Shown piece after piece: positions 1 to 9,865 of a stretch of DNA of 30,510 nt. The stretch is from an uncultured Lachnospiraceae bacterium (lineage in GTDB: Bacteria; Bacillota; Clostridia; Oscillospirales; CAG-272). Where the stretch lies: positions 1 to 30,510 of the forward strand of contig CAZLIB010000001.1 of assembly GCA_964559465.1 (NCBI GenBank), given 5' to 3'. The notes under the pieces were generated by a model. The model was not told the DNA's origin. It saw nothing but the letters and a program-made list of their open reading frames with translations, and made no database searches. A program made the position numbers and the translations under genes. Numbering within the stretch: position 1 is the first letter of the stretch; every line of letters starts with the position of its first letter.

Positions 1-512
1 TCCAAGGTAGGGGATACTGCAGTGTGAGGATCATTCGCAAGCTCAAGCGGTCCCAGCATTTTATCAACTATTATTTTCGTTCCAACCCGACTGGAATTAT
101 AATCATTTATAGAATAAAACATATACTGTCCTTGAGATGTAAAAACGACCTCTGGATCAATGGAAAAGGGCTTACAAAGCTGTTTTACAAATACAAACGG
201 ACCTTCTGGAGAATCCGCAACCGCAACCTTCAGGCACTGAAGATGAACATCGTTAGAATTCGCAGGCATAGACGAGTAATACATATAGTATTTATTCTCT
301 ATCTTGCAGACACAAGGTGCCCAATATTGCTTGCATCCGACTTCAGTAAGCACTATTCCGATATACGAAAAATTGCTCAACTCATCAGATCTATAGCAAT
401 GAACTCCGCCAAAACCGGTACAATACAGATAAAAGGCGGATTCATCGTTAAAAATATACGGATCTGCTTGATTTTTTTTAAATTCTTTATTATCAGAGAG
501 TATTAATTTCAT
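1..512 (-). CDS. GH43-family glycoside hydrolase (5-bladed beta-propeller), runs off the left window edge
   Basis: Not in the ORF track; translated by hand from ATG 512 with AGGAG RBS (518-522): MKLILSDNKEFKKNQADPYIF...YLYCTG...YWAPCVCKIENKYYMYYS...VAVADSPEGPF...FSIDPEV... It has the GH43 ADP, WAP, SPEGPF and IDP motifs and is open to position 1. Confidence 0.88.
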   Translation of the reverse strand, partial: MKLILSDNKEFKKNQADPYIFNDESAFYLYCTGFGGVHCYRSDELSNFSYIGIVLTEVGCKQYWAPCVCKIENKYYMYYSSMPANSNDVHLQCLKVAVADSPEGPFVFVKQLCKPFSIDPEVVFTSQGQYMFYSINDYNSSRVGTKIIVDKMLGPLELANDPHTAVSPTL

Positions 513-554
513 AATTTCTCCTATTGTCAAATAAACAGTAATAATATCAAAACA

Positions 555-1391
555 TTATAAATCAGGGATCTCTAATTCACCAATAGTTTCTTTTACCCAT
601 CGATGAGCCAAATTTACCCACTCTTCACAAGCTGTATGAATAAGCTCATACATACTGTTCGCGGTGAACGTATTGGCTAAAGCCAAGCCGTGACCCCCTC
701 TTGGGAAAACGTGCAGCTCCACCTCAACGCCGCAGTTGTGAAGTGCCTTGGCAAACATCAACGAATTCTCAACCGGAACCAAATCGTCAGCGGCTGTATG
801 CCAGATAAAAGTCGGCGGATTTTCTTTGCTCACTTGCTTTTCAAGGGACATATCATCAATAAGCAAATCGTATTTATCGCCTAAAAGGTTCTCAAACGAG
901 ACTCGGTTAGCATATTCCCCGGAAGTTATCACGGGATAACACAGTATTAATCCATTGGGGCATAAGCTCTCTTTTTCGCAGACAAGTTTTTCAGAAAGGA
1001 AGCTCCGTGACCAAAAGCAAGCATAAGAGGCAGCCAAATGCCCTCCTGCAGAGGAACCAACAAGAAATATCTTATTATCATCGACCAACCATTTTTCCTT
1101 GTTCTCGCGAAGCATTGAAACAACTCTGCCAAGCTCCAAAAGCGCCGTCGGATACCTTGAGGATGGGGCTATCGAATAATGGAGAACAACCGCGTGATAT
1201 CCTTTCGACAAAAACTGTAATGCGTAAGGCTCTCCCTCCCTGCAGGAAACAAATTCGTATCCCCCACCAGGGCAAATAACCGCAACAGGACGCTTTATTC
1301 TTTTCATTTCATAATTATCCTCTATTAAATATAAGGACGCATAGGCATCATAGGAGCCTTCTTCATTTAACTCTATTTTTTTATGTAACAT
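555..1391 (-). CDS. alpha/beta-hydrolase, probable carbohydrate acetyl/feruloyl-type esterase
   Basis: CPGGGY oxyanion motif, GSSAGG nucleophile elbow, DDLVP acid and GGHG histidine; sits in a CAZyme operon. Confidence 0.85.
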   Translation of the reverse strand: MLHKKIELNEEGSYDAYASLYLIEDNYEMKRIKRPVAVICPGGGYEFVSCREGEPYALQFLSKGYHAVVLHYSIAPSSRYPTALLELGRVVSMLRENKEKWLVDDNKIFLVGSSAGGHLAASYACFWSRSFLSEKLVCEKESLCPNGLILCYPVITSGEYANRVSFENLLGDKYDLLIDDMSLEKQVSKENPPTFIWHTAADDLVPVENSLMFAKALHNCGVEVELHVFPRGGHGLALANTFTANSMYELIHTACEEWVNLAHRWVKETIGELEIPDL

Positions 1392-1468
1392 AGCATTTTA
1401 TCATCATTTAATTATTATTCAATATTTATAAGATCAGATTGTTTGTTGAACTTACCAATAGCTTTTGA

Positions 1469-3868
1469 CTACATCAACAGCAGCTCTTTCAGCCTTCCTT
1501 TAATTCCCTCATTAAAATTGGAAGCGTCTATCAATCGCTTGAGCTCTTCTTTGCTTGATATTTGTGACAGAGAGCGATAAAAATCGGATTTATCACTCGT
1601 ACTACCCTCAGAAACGGTCGTTAACATTTGTCCTTGGCTAATTATAGCCTGAAGGCAATTCGGTTCCGCGTATTCAACCTCAATAACAAACGTTGTGTTT
1701 TCCTTAAAGTCAATGTCTACTGTGGCGCATTCCATATAAAGCTCCTTGACCTCCGACAGCATTCCATTAACGGTAAGCTTGATCTTTCCTTCTTTAATGT
1801 TTTTAAATTTTACACGTATCCTTCGATTAACAGGCACCACGCCCTTATCTCCGGTTGAGGTAACGACAAGAAATTGCTTGCCATTCTCGTGTTTCATATC
1901 GAAAACCGTATGATGCTCACAGAGCTCGTCATCCTCGTAAAGATCATATCTGCCGTCCCCGTTAAACGCCCAAATTTCAAGCTTTTGAGGATTGCTCACG
2001 CTATTTCCTCCGTCAGCCGAAAGGGGAAGAATTGCTCCAGCTCTTGCAAGCACAGGCATTTCCTCCAATCTTCTGAACAAAGTGCATTCACATCCATCCT
2101 CAGAGATATTATATTCCTGCCCTGAGAAGATATCAGTCCATTTTCCTTTTGGAAGCCACGCTTTGATTCGCGCATATCCGTCAGGCTCGCGTCTGTCGCA
2201 AACAGGAATCACAAGTAAGCTCTCGCCAAAAAGATATTCTCTGTCATATAGATAAGCTTCTTTTTGCTTATATTCATAATATAGCGGCTCAACCAATGCT
2301 CTGCCTTCATTATGAGTAATATATGAAGCGTTATAGAGATAAGGAATAATTCTGTGTCTGAACCTTAAAAAATCACTTGTAATTTCTGCTGCGCCATTTC
2401 CATACATCCATGGTTCCTTGGTAACGGCGTCGTTATTAGTGCTGTGTAATCTGTTTATCGGACTGAATACGCCATATTGAATATGTCTGGTAAAGAGCTC
2501 GTATTCCGTATCTCCGCCCATATGACCGCCTATGTCGTGACTCCACCAGGAATAACCCACGTTGCTTGCGGTAGAAGTAAAATATGGCAAATATTGAAGC
2601 GTTTTCCACGTGATATGGGTATCTCCCGAAAATCCCAAAGGATAACGGTGCGCGCCGGGGCCGCAATATCTCGACAAAATTATTCCCTTATCACGGTTTT
2701 TCAGGCTATCTAAATAGTGATAATGGTTCAATGCCCACAAAGGATCATAGCCCTTTATTTTAGATTCCGATCCCTGCTGCCAATCTATCCACCAAAAATC
2801 CACACCGTCGTTTTCATAGGGCTTGTGTACCAATGAAAAATATGCATTGATAAAATTATCATCAGTAAAATCAAAAGGAATTTGCTTCTGATCCTTTGGA
2901 TCCTTTTTCATAGCGAAAGCCATTCTTTCATAGCATTCCTCCCACCATCTGAAGCCGTCCGCGGGATGCAGATTAAGAGTAATCTTTAAATTCTTTTCTT
3001 TTATTTTTTGTAAAAAGCCTTTATAATCGGGAAAAAGCTCCTCGTTCCAAGTATATCCCGTCCAGCCAAGACTTCCCTCGCCAATATACTCTTTCGTGTT
3101 TTTATTACCGGCAGATATGTTAAATGTTTTATCCACCGTGGTTGAATAATGCCAATCCATATCTATAGTAGCAACTGTAAGAGGAATTTGATGCTCCTCA
3201 AATGAAGTAATCAATCTCAAATATTCCTTATCGGTATATGCGTGATATCTGCTCCACCAGTTACCAAGCGCATATCTCGGAATCATGGGCGTAGCACCCG
3301 TGATCATATACAGTGCTTTGACAGCACTTCGGTAATTATTTCCAAACGCAAAAACATACTCATCAGTTCCATCAGCAGTATAAGGTAGTATTTCGCCATT
3401 CCTATCAAGCGAAAGAGAGTTTGAATCATCCAATATCGCAACTCCGTTTGCAGAGCATACGCCAATACCTAATTTAATATCGCAGTCTCCTGAACTATCA
3501 ATAAATCGCCCGCCGTTACACTGATCAAGCGTTCTATAGGTTCCAAGAAGATTTCCAACATTATTAAGCTCTATCTTTTTTCCGTCTATCTGAATGTAGC
3601 AATCACTTCTTTTTTTGAAAATATGTAAAACAGAAGCCGCAGTCTTTATAATCAATTCGTCTTCTCCTGTAACGTATTCGAAGACCTGCACAGGCATATT
3701 TCTGAACCATACCGCCTGCGTAGCCAAATCACGAAATGCTCTGTTTTCACTTTTTTCAATTCTGAACAATCTTTCACCAAGAACGGTAATTCTGTAATCG
3801 TTCCAAAAAATAATATTCTCTATTTCCGCCATGGGTTTCTGAATTGTAATTAAATGCTTGTCCAACAT
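1469..3868 (-). CDS. GH31 alpha-glycosidase (GH31_u1-like clade, possible alpha-1,3-glucosidase)
   Basis: Motifs ALGNWWSRY, TIDMDWH, WTGYTWN, LNLHP, WWIDWQQG (nucleophile Asp), GFSGD (acid/base), WSHDIGG, RLHS, EYLFG; no signal peptide. Confidence 0.9.
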   Translation of the reverse strand: MLDKHLITIQKPMAEIENIIFWNDYRITVLGERLFRIEKSENRAFRDLATQAVWFRNMPVQVFEYVTGEDELIIKTAASVLHIFKKRSDCYIQIDGKKIELNNVGNLLGTYRTLDQCNGGRFIDSSGDCDIKLGIGVCSANGVAILDDSNSLSLDRNGEILPYTADGTDEYVFAFGNNYRSAVKALYMITGATPMIPRYALGNWWSRYHAYTDKEYLRLITSFEEHQIPLTVATIDMDWHYSTTVDKTFNISAGNKNTKEYIGEGSLGWTGYTWNEELFPDYKGFLQKIKEKNLKITLNLHPADGFRWWEECYERMAFAMKKDPKDQKQIPFDFTDDNFINAYFSLVHKPYENDGVDFWWIDWQQGSESKIKGYDPLWALNHYHYLDSLKNRDKGIILSRYCGPGAHRYPLGFSGDTHITWKTLQYLPYFTSTASNVGYSWWSHDIGGHMGGDTEYELFTRHIQYGVFSPINRLHSTNNDAVTKEPWMYGNGAAEITSDFLRFRHRIIPYLYNASYITHNEGRALVEPLYYEYKQKEAYLYDREYLFGESLLVIPVCDRREPDGYARIKAWLPKGKWTDIFSGQEYNISEDGCECTLFRRLEEMPVLARAGAILPLSADGGNSVSNPQKLEIWAFNGDGRYDLYEDDELCEHHTVFDMKHENGKQFLVVTSTGDKGVVPVNRRIRVKFKNIKEGKIKLTVNGMLSEVKELYMECATVDIDFKENTTFVIEVEYAEPNCLQAIISQGQMLTTVSEGSTSDKSDFYRSLSQISSKEELKRLIDASNFNEGIKGRLKELLLM

Positions 3869-3988
3869 ATCCTTATCCGTCTCCCTACATCAAACTTAAT
3901 CAATTCAAGTCAAAAAAGATTTATACTATACTTAATATAAATTCAGTAAGCCTTCATACTGTCACTTAAGCGCAAACAAATCGGTATA

Positions 3989-5947
3989 TCATTTAACCTT
4001 TAGTTCAGTAACCAACCTGATATCGCTGACATTGGCACCGATATACAGCCTATATACTCCCTCATGAACCTTCCAACCGTCGATAGCAGTAGAGTAATAT
4101 TCAAATGCGTGCTTATCAATAATCATATTAACGCTTACGCTGCTGCCTGCTGGAACAAAGACCTTTTCAAATGCCTTAAGTTCCTTTTTGGGGCGGTACA
4201 CTTCGTTCGAAAGCTCGCCCACGTAAAGCTGCGCGGTTTCATAGCCATCAATATCTGATTTATTAGTAATAGTAAAATTTATTGAATAATCCGTGCCCTT
4301 ACCCTCGACGGAGATATTACCATATTCAAATTCGGAATAGCTGAGTCCATATCCAAACGGAAATAAAACTGGCTTATCAAAAGTATCGAAGTATCTGTAT
4401 CCCACGTTCAGTCCCTCGCCGTAAACTATACAGGAGCCATCCTTGTATGAATTCATTGAAGGAACGTCCAAGAGCGATAACGGAAACGTCTCGGTAAGCT
4501 TACCCGAGGGATTGACCTCGCCTATCAGTATTTCACACAATACACGGTAATCATAATCCCCACAATATCCCATATATAATACAGCATCAACATTATCTAT
4601 CCAATCGCTCATATCTATTGCTGAGCCCGCGAAAATGACGACCACCGTCTTTTTCGAAACCTTGGCTATATTATTGATAACATCGATCTCTTCCTTGGAC
4701 AGCTTTATCGTTTGTCTATCGTATCCTTCAGATTCGGTTCTGTTATCATCACCTACGCAGACAACAGAAACATCATTCTCTGCCGCGTATAGCTTGGCAG
4801 CCTTAAGATTGCCCATGTTTGCCTGCCCGTGAAAGGTTTCCCAGCAAGATTCAAAATAAGTTGCGTTTTCAAAATAATCTGTCATTACATTTACTAAGCT
4901 GACGTATTCTTTTCTTCTTGTAACCTCGGAGGATCCTCCGCCATAGTAGTATCTGCGTGCCGGAGCACCCGTGAGGAAGATTTTCTCTTTCGACGCGATA
5001 GGGAGAACGCCGTTGTTTTTCAAAAGAACTGCTCCCTCTCTCGCAATAGTTAAAGCAACCGTCTCGCGCTCTTCAACGGTCATATCCGTTTTTCTCTTTA
5101 GCTTAGATTCTCTGCATTTTTCAGAAAGCTCAACTACTCTTGCCGCGCTTTCATTAACCTTATCATAATTCAATGTACCGTTGTTGTGTGCCTCCATAAG
5201 CATATCCAAGTGAGCTTGATCATATGGCATAGCAAGGTCAAGCCCCGCTTCCAAGGAAGCAAGCTCATTTTTAACCGCGCCCCAGTCACTGATTATTGCT
5301 CCGTTGAAGCTATACTCCTTACGAAGCCTTGTATAAAGCTTCTTATGCTCTGACATACGTTGACCGTTAACAAGATTATAAGATGACATCACGGTCCAAG
5401 GATCTGCCTCACAGGCAATTTGAAATCCCTTCAAATATATTTCATACAAGGTCCTTTCGTCAACATCGCTGGATATCCACAAACGCGAATATTCCATATT
5501 GTTGCAACAATAGTGCTTTAGAGAGGTCCCTATATTCTTTTCCTGAACTCCATAAATATATTCTCTGCCCAAAACACCTGCGATAAGAGGATCCTCGCTT
5601 GCATATTCAAAGTTTCTGCCATTAGTCGGCATACGCTTAATATTAATTCCGGGTCCCAAAATAATATCAACGTCCATATCAATACAATCGTTAGCAATTG
5701 CGTTTCCCATTTTTCGAAAGAGCGTCTTATTCCAGGTGTGTGACAATATCTGTGTTGAAGGATAAGCAATTGAAGGAATAATATCATCATTTCCCTCTGT
5801 TTTTTGAGGATGTCTAAGCCCGACGGGACCATCGGACACGATAAACTGATATACCTTCCCGTTGCATCCGTAATTGCTCCAGGTGTCTTTACCTACAAGC
5901 AACCTGATCTTTTCCTCTACAGTCAATAAGTCGAATATTTTTTTCAT
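3989..5947 (-). CDS. GH3 beta-glucosidase-like enzyme with C-terminal Fn3-like domain
   Basis: SDGPVG, GRNFEY, LKHY, MSSYN, ISDW nucleophile, VLLKN, GYRYFD, FPFGYGLSY, KELKAF. Start set at ATG 5947 (GGAGGA RBS 5951-5956) rather than 6007. Confidence 0.93.
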   Translation of the reverse strand: MKKIFDLLTVEEKIRLLVGKDTWSNYGCNGKVYQFIVSDGPVGLRHPQKTEGNDDIIPSIAYPSTQILSHTWNKTLFRKMGNAIANDCIDMDVDIILGPGINIKRMPTNGRNFEYASEDPLIAGVLGREYIYGVQEKNIGTSLKHYCCNNMEYSRLWISSDVDERTLYEIYLKGFQIACEADPWTVMSSYNLVNGQRMSEHKKLYTRLRKEYSFNGAIISDWGAVKNELASLEAGLDLAMPYDQAHLDMLMEAHNNGTLNYDKVNESAARVVELSEKCRESKLKRKTDMTVEERETVALTIAREGAVLLKNNGVLPIASKEKIFLTGAPARRYYYGGGSSEVTRRKEYVSLVNVMTDYFENATYFESCWETFHGQANMGNLKAAKLYAAENDVSVVCVGDDNRTESEGYDRQTIKLSKEEIDVINNIAKVSKKTVVVIFAGSAIDMSDWIDNVDAVLYMGYCGDYDYRVLCEILIGEVNPSGKLTETFPLSLLDVPSMNSYKDGSCIVYGEGLNVGYRYFDTFDKPVLFPFGYGLSYSEFEYGNISVEGKGTDYSINFTITNKSDIDGYETAQLYVGELSNEVYRPKKELKAFEKVFVPAGSSVSVNMIIDKHAFEYYSTAIDGWKVHEGVYRLYIGANVSDIRLVTELKVK

Positions 5948-6093
5948 ATTTCCTCCAATTTTCCACTTTTCGGTTGTTTTTAATATTAGAAATATTTTGG
6001 GAATCATCTATGTAAATTTTTATATTTTCAAGGTTAAATATATCATTAAAATAGCTTTTGACATATTTTTTTATTTTTATTTGCGGCCGACGG

Positions 6094-6140
6094 TAATGGG
6101 TAACTCCGATCACTATGATGGAGTGCAGAATTACCCATTA
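6094..6140 (-). other. Intergenic stem-loop without a U-tract (RNA stabilising/processing element or weak terminator)
   Basis: TAATGGGTAA (6094-6103) pairs perfectly with TTACCCATTA (6131-6140), with inner CTCC/GGAG and ATCA/TGAT pairings; lies just downstream of the ATPase stop. Confidence 0.6.
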
Positions 6141-6156
6141 TGCCACCAATTTCAGT

Positions 6157-7899
6157 TTATCTGATTCTATTTCCGGTAATCGGATCAAATGTATACATAT
6201 CCTCCTTGGAAAAGCTCACAACGATCTTGTCGTTTACCGTGATTTTTTCTTCCGCAGAGATTTGTCCTATCATATTTTTTCCACAGCAACAGAAATAAAC
6301 ATTGTATGTTGCGCCCAACAATTCACAAACCGTTGGCGCAACGATAAAGCAATTGCTATACTCCTTACTTGGATCATATTTTTCAAGCTTGATTTTTTCG
6401 GGCCTGATACCTACGGTCAAGTGATGATTTTCGGTCAAGGCTTTCTCAAGCTGTTTTTTCTTTTCTTGTGCTATTTCAAACTCTTTTATGCCGATTGCCT
6501 TCGTTTCTGCCTTTTTAAAGAGCTTGCCGATGGATTTCAGCAGATTCTGCTTTTCTTGCGTTTTCTGTTTATTATCAAATATCTCATCCGTTGAGGAAAG
6601 AATATTTAATATATATTCATACGCGGGCTCATTAAAATTCTGAACTATCTCATTGAATTTTTCAAGCTTTTGCGCATAAAACGCATCGTGCCTTGCAACG
6701 AATTCGTCGTCCAGATCGAACATTAAACCTTCTGCACACAAGCACTTTCTCTCACGGTTGAATTCCAGATCGAGAATATTCATTGCAGGCGATCCTATAA
6801 ATCTTGCAACGAATATATTGTCAGGAGAATTATATATCTCCTCGGGAGAACCTATCTGCTGCACAAAGCCCTTTGACATTACAACGATCTTGGTCGCCAT
6901 AGTCATAGCCTCCGTTTGATCGTGAGTAACGTATATGGTAGTTGCGTTGATGCTGTTGTGAAGCTTAACTATTTCACTTCTCATCGTCAGTCTTAGCTTT
7001 GCATCCAAGTTGGACAAGGGTTCATCCATAAGGAAAATGGGAACGTTCTTTACTATGGCTCTACCCAAGGCAACACGCTGCATCTGTCCGCCAGAAAGCT
7101 CCTTTGGAAGCTTATCCAGATACGGAATCAAGTCAAGGATCTTGGCTTTTTCATAAACAGTCCTTCTGATTTCATAAGGAGTCATCTTGCGGGTCTCAAC
7201 CAAAACCTCTCCGTTTTTATCAAGAACATTGCCCTCACGGTTAACACGAATGCCCTTATCCTTTAATTCTTCCGTTTCTTTTGCAACAACAGAATTCAGC
7301 CTATCCTCAAGCCTCTTCTCTATTGCTTTTTCGTCGTTTCCCGAGAAGCAATCCAGCCAGCTGTACAGTCTTTCTGCCGTATAGTATTCAACGGAAAGTG
7401 AGTCCGCAATAAATTCATATTTTTGTGAAGCCCTTCCCTTCATTTCGGCAGCTTCATTGACCTTGTCGGCTATTGCTCTTATACCGTTTTCAGTAATAAC
7501 GCATTTGATCTGAGCGCAGGAATGCAAGGTGCGGTTAACAACAGGAAAAGGATATTCATTGATTGTTAACGGAAAAGCGATATTTTCATAAACGTTCATC
7601 TGTGGGTAAAGAGCATAGCTTTGAAAAACTATAGCCATTCTTCTGTCCTTGCTTGGCTTATAGTTTATCAGCTCATCCTCCATATACAGCGTTCCCGATG
7701 AAATATCTTCCAATCCGGTGATCATACGAAGCATGGTGCTTTTTCCGCATCCCGAAGGACCAACCACAACGACAAACTCATTTTTATAAATATCTAAATT
7801 AAAATTATAAACCGCTTTTTCTCCATTAGGATATATTTTTTCAACATTTTTAATGGACAAAAACGCTTTGCTATTATCTTTCATTTTCTCTATCTCCAT
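6157..7899 (-). CDS. Carbohydrate ABC transporter ATP-binding protein (MalK/MsmX-like) with two large insertions
   Basis: Walker A GPSGCGKS, Q-loop VFQSYALYP, LSGGQ, FLMDEPLSNLD, YVTHDQ, FIGSPAMN, GIRPE. 580 aa versus about 370 for typical MalK. Alternative start at 7884. Confidence 0.93.
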   Translation of the reverse strand: MEIEKMKDNSKAFLSIKNVEKIYPNGEKAVYNFNLDIYKNEFVVVVGPSGCGKSTMLRMITGLEDISSGTLYMEDELINYKPSKDRRMAIVFQSYALYPQMNVYENIAFPLTINEYPFPVVNRTLHSCAQIKCVITENGIRAIADKVNEAAEMKGRASQKYEFIADSLSVEYYTAERLYSWLDCFSGNDEKAIEKRLEDRLNSVVAKETEELKDKGIRVNREGNVLDKNGEVLVETRKMTPYEIRRTVYEKAKILDLIPYLDKLPKELSGGQMQRVALGRAIVKNVPIFLMDEPLSNLDAKLRLTMRSEIVKLHNSINATTIYVTHDQTEAMTMATKIVVMSKGFVQQIGSPEEIYNSPDNIFVARFIGSPAMNILDLEFNRERKCLCAEGLMFDLDDEFVARHDAFYAQKLEKFNEIVQNFNEPAYEYILNILSSTDEIFDNKQKTQEKQNLLKSIGKLFKKAETKAIGIKEFEIAQEKKKQLEKALTENHHLTVGIRPEKIKLEKYDPSKEYSNCFIVAPTVCELLGATYNVYFCCCGKNMIGQISAEEKITVNDKIVVSFSKEDMYTFDPITGNRIR

Positions 7900-7906
7900 A
7901 AATCTT

Positions 7907-8827
7907 TTATCCTTTAATACCCGTTGAAGCTAAACCGTCTATCATTTTGTTTTGAGTTATAATGAATATTACTATTATCGGCAATAACGCAAATACACTC
8001 GTTGCCATCGCAACTCCGTTAGCCCCCCACGCAGTACCTCCGGTGTATCCCGTCAGAGCAACCGTAACAGTTTGCCAATAAGAGCTTTCTCCGCTCAGAA
8101 GCAGCTGCGGCCATTGCAGGCTGTTCCAGCTTCCCGAAAATGTAAACAGTACAATAAGCATTATTGTAGATTTGGCCAAAGGACAAACAATTTTGAAAAA
8201 AATTTTTTTGTCGCTTGCCCCATCACTTCTTGCGCTGTCAATAATATCCTTGGGTATGGATGCGAAAAAGTTTTTCATAAGCAGCATATTGAATATGCCT
8301 GTTATTCCCGGAACGATTAACCAAGAATATATGTATAGATAGCTTTCAACATCCTGATTGATTTCCAAGGATTTTCTCAGAGATGAATATATAGCATATT
8401 GAGGTGCCATTCCTATTACTCCGGGAACAGCCATCCAAAGAAGCAGGAATTTAAGAAATAATTTTTTTCCTTTGAAATTATAGAAAACTACTGCATACGC
8501 GGTTATCAAATCAATAAGAACCGTCAATATCACGGTTGCAAGTGTAGACCAGAGAGAGTTTAACATCCACAAAGGCATATTATCTATTTTTCCCTCTCTG
8601 ATGATAAATCCGGAGTAATGCTTTAAGGTCCATTCATCCCAAGAGGACGGAAATAATTTGTCAGGGTTCAGCTGCAGATCCATATCGGATTTAAAGGATG
8701 TTCCTAACATATAGAGTAGGGGAATGATCCAAATAATTGACACTAAAAGTAGCACTATAAACGATACTGTCTTTTCTCTTCTTCTCGTCATCTCAGACTT
8801 AGTAATAAGCCCTTTATTATTCAGCAT
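7907..8827 (-). CDS. Carbohydrate ABC transporter permease (MalG-like)
   Basis: Several TM segments; EAA-like loop FFASIPKDIIDSARSDGA; WN..WP motif; GIKG C-terminus. Confidence 0.92.
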   Translation of the reverse strand: MLNNKGLITKSEMTRRREKTVSFIVLLLVSIIWIIPLLYMLGTSFKSDMDLQLNPDKLFPSSWDEWTLKHYSGFIIREGKIDNMPLWMLNSLWSTLATVILTVLIDLITAYAVVFYNFKGKKLFLKFLLLWMAVPGVIGMAPQYAIYSSLRKSLEINQDVESYLYIYSWLIVPGITGIFNMLLMKNFFASIPKDIIDSARSDGASDKKIFFKIVCPLAKSTIMLIVLFTFSGSWNSLQWPQLLLSGESSYWQTVTVALTGYTGGTAWGANGVAMATSVFALLPIIVIFIITQNKMIDGLASTGIKG

Positions 8828-9851
8828 TATTGATACCTCCTTGGGGAATCGCCTGAGTCAACCCGATTTTTCTTTTGAAATATAAAGCACAGTTTGCAGA
8901 ATGCTTATTGCGGCGCTTCTTTTCTCCTGTCAGCCTTCTTTGAATAATGCTGAATATCATTACTACCAAGCCGAAAACGATTGCACATGCGCATACAAAG
9001 CCCGTTTGCTTTGCATACGTCACACCGCCAAGATATTTTTGAATAAACATCATAGGAGAAACAAGGGTTCCCTTGTTGTCCAAATCGTTAAGCACGGTAG
9101 GCTGTCCGTACAAATTCAGATAGCCGATAAGAGTATTAAAGAGACATATGGTAATTGAGCTTTTTATGTTGGGGAGAGTAACGTATAAAACGCGCTTCAT
9201 TCTGTTTCCCCCATCCATTTCACAGGCCTCGTACAAGGACTGCGGAACATCACGCAATGCACCTGATAAAATTACGAAATTCGTTCCTGTTTGCCACCAA
9301 ATAGACGCCAAAAGTATAACGAACCAACGTAGCGTATCCCCTTTAAACGGCTGTCCTGACAACCATGTTATATTAGTTCCAAGCCACGCGTTAATCAAGC
9401 CGCTTTCATTTCCCGCAAACATGTTTCCAAAAATAATACCTACTATAGTAATCGAAATTACACTTGGCAAATAGATTATCGCCCTGAAAATCTTATATCC
9501 GGGGGGATGAAAATTCACAAAATATGCAAGTGTTAACGGAATTACGATCATAATCGGAACTGCGACTATATCAAAGATAAACATTGTCTTAAAAGAGTCC
9601 CAAAAGCTCTTGGCAATGGCATTATCGAAATCAAAAATCATCAAATAATTTTTTAACCCAATAAACTCTGTTGCCGAAGGATCGTAAGGATTATACTTCA
9701 TAAATGAATATGCAAATCCCATAACAAATGGCACAAGTGTGTATATTATAAATACGATCAAATATGGAGATAGCAAAAGGAGAGCAGTCAGAGACTGTCT
9801 TCTTTTGCTTTTCTTCCAATCTGACTTTAATCTTAAAGTCTCATCATTCAT
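8817..9851 (-). CDS. Carbohydrate ABC transporter permease (MalF-like)
   Basis: FIGLKNY, IYLPSVIS, GLINAWLG, EAA loop VPQSLYEACEMDGG; overlaps the next permease by 11 nt. Confidence 0.92.
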   Translation of the reverse strand: MNDETLRLKSDWKKSKRRQSLTALLLLSPYLIVFIIYTLVPFVMGFAYSFMKYNPYDPSATEFIGLKNYLMIFDFDNAIAKSFWDSFKTMFIFDIVAVPIMIVIPLTLAYFVNFHPPGYKIFRAIIYLPSVISITIVGIIFGNMFAGNESGLINAWLGTNITWLSGQPFKGDTLRWFVILLASIWWQTGTNFVILSGALRDVPQSLYEACEMDGGNRMKRVLYVTLPNIKSSITICLFNTLIGYLNLYGQPTVLNDLDNKGTLVSPMMFIQKYLGGVTYAKQTGFVCACAIVFGLVVMIFSIIQRRLTGEKKRRNKHSANCALYFKRKIGLTQAIPQGGINNAE

Positions 9852-9865
9852 ATCATTTGAAAGGC

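Noticed and set aside
24..506. 160-aa plus-strand ORF
   Set aside because: Antisense shadow of the motif-bearing GH43 gene; no RBS or recognisable motifs.
5948..6007. Upstream starts given by the ORF track (also 20050, 20248, 23300, 29146)
   Set aside because: Downstream ATGs have better RBSs and family-typical N-termini.
6044..6057. CATTAAAATAGC as a third copy of the palindromic operator
   Set aside because: Only one half-site matches, in AT-rich DNA, with no matching promoter geometry.
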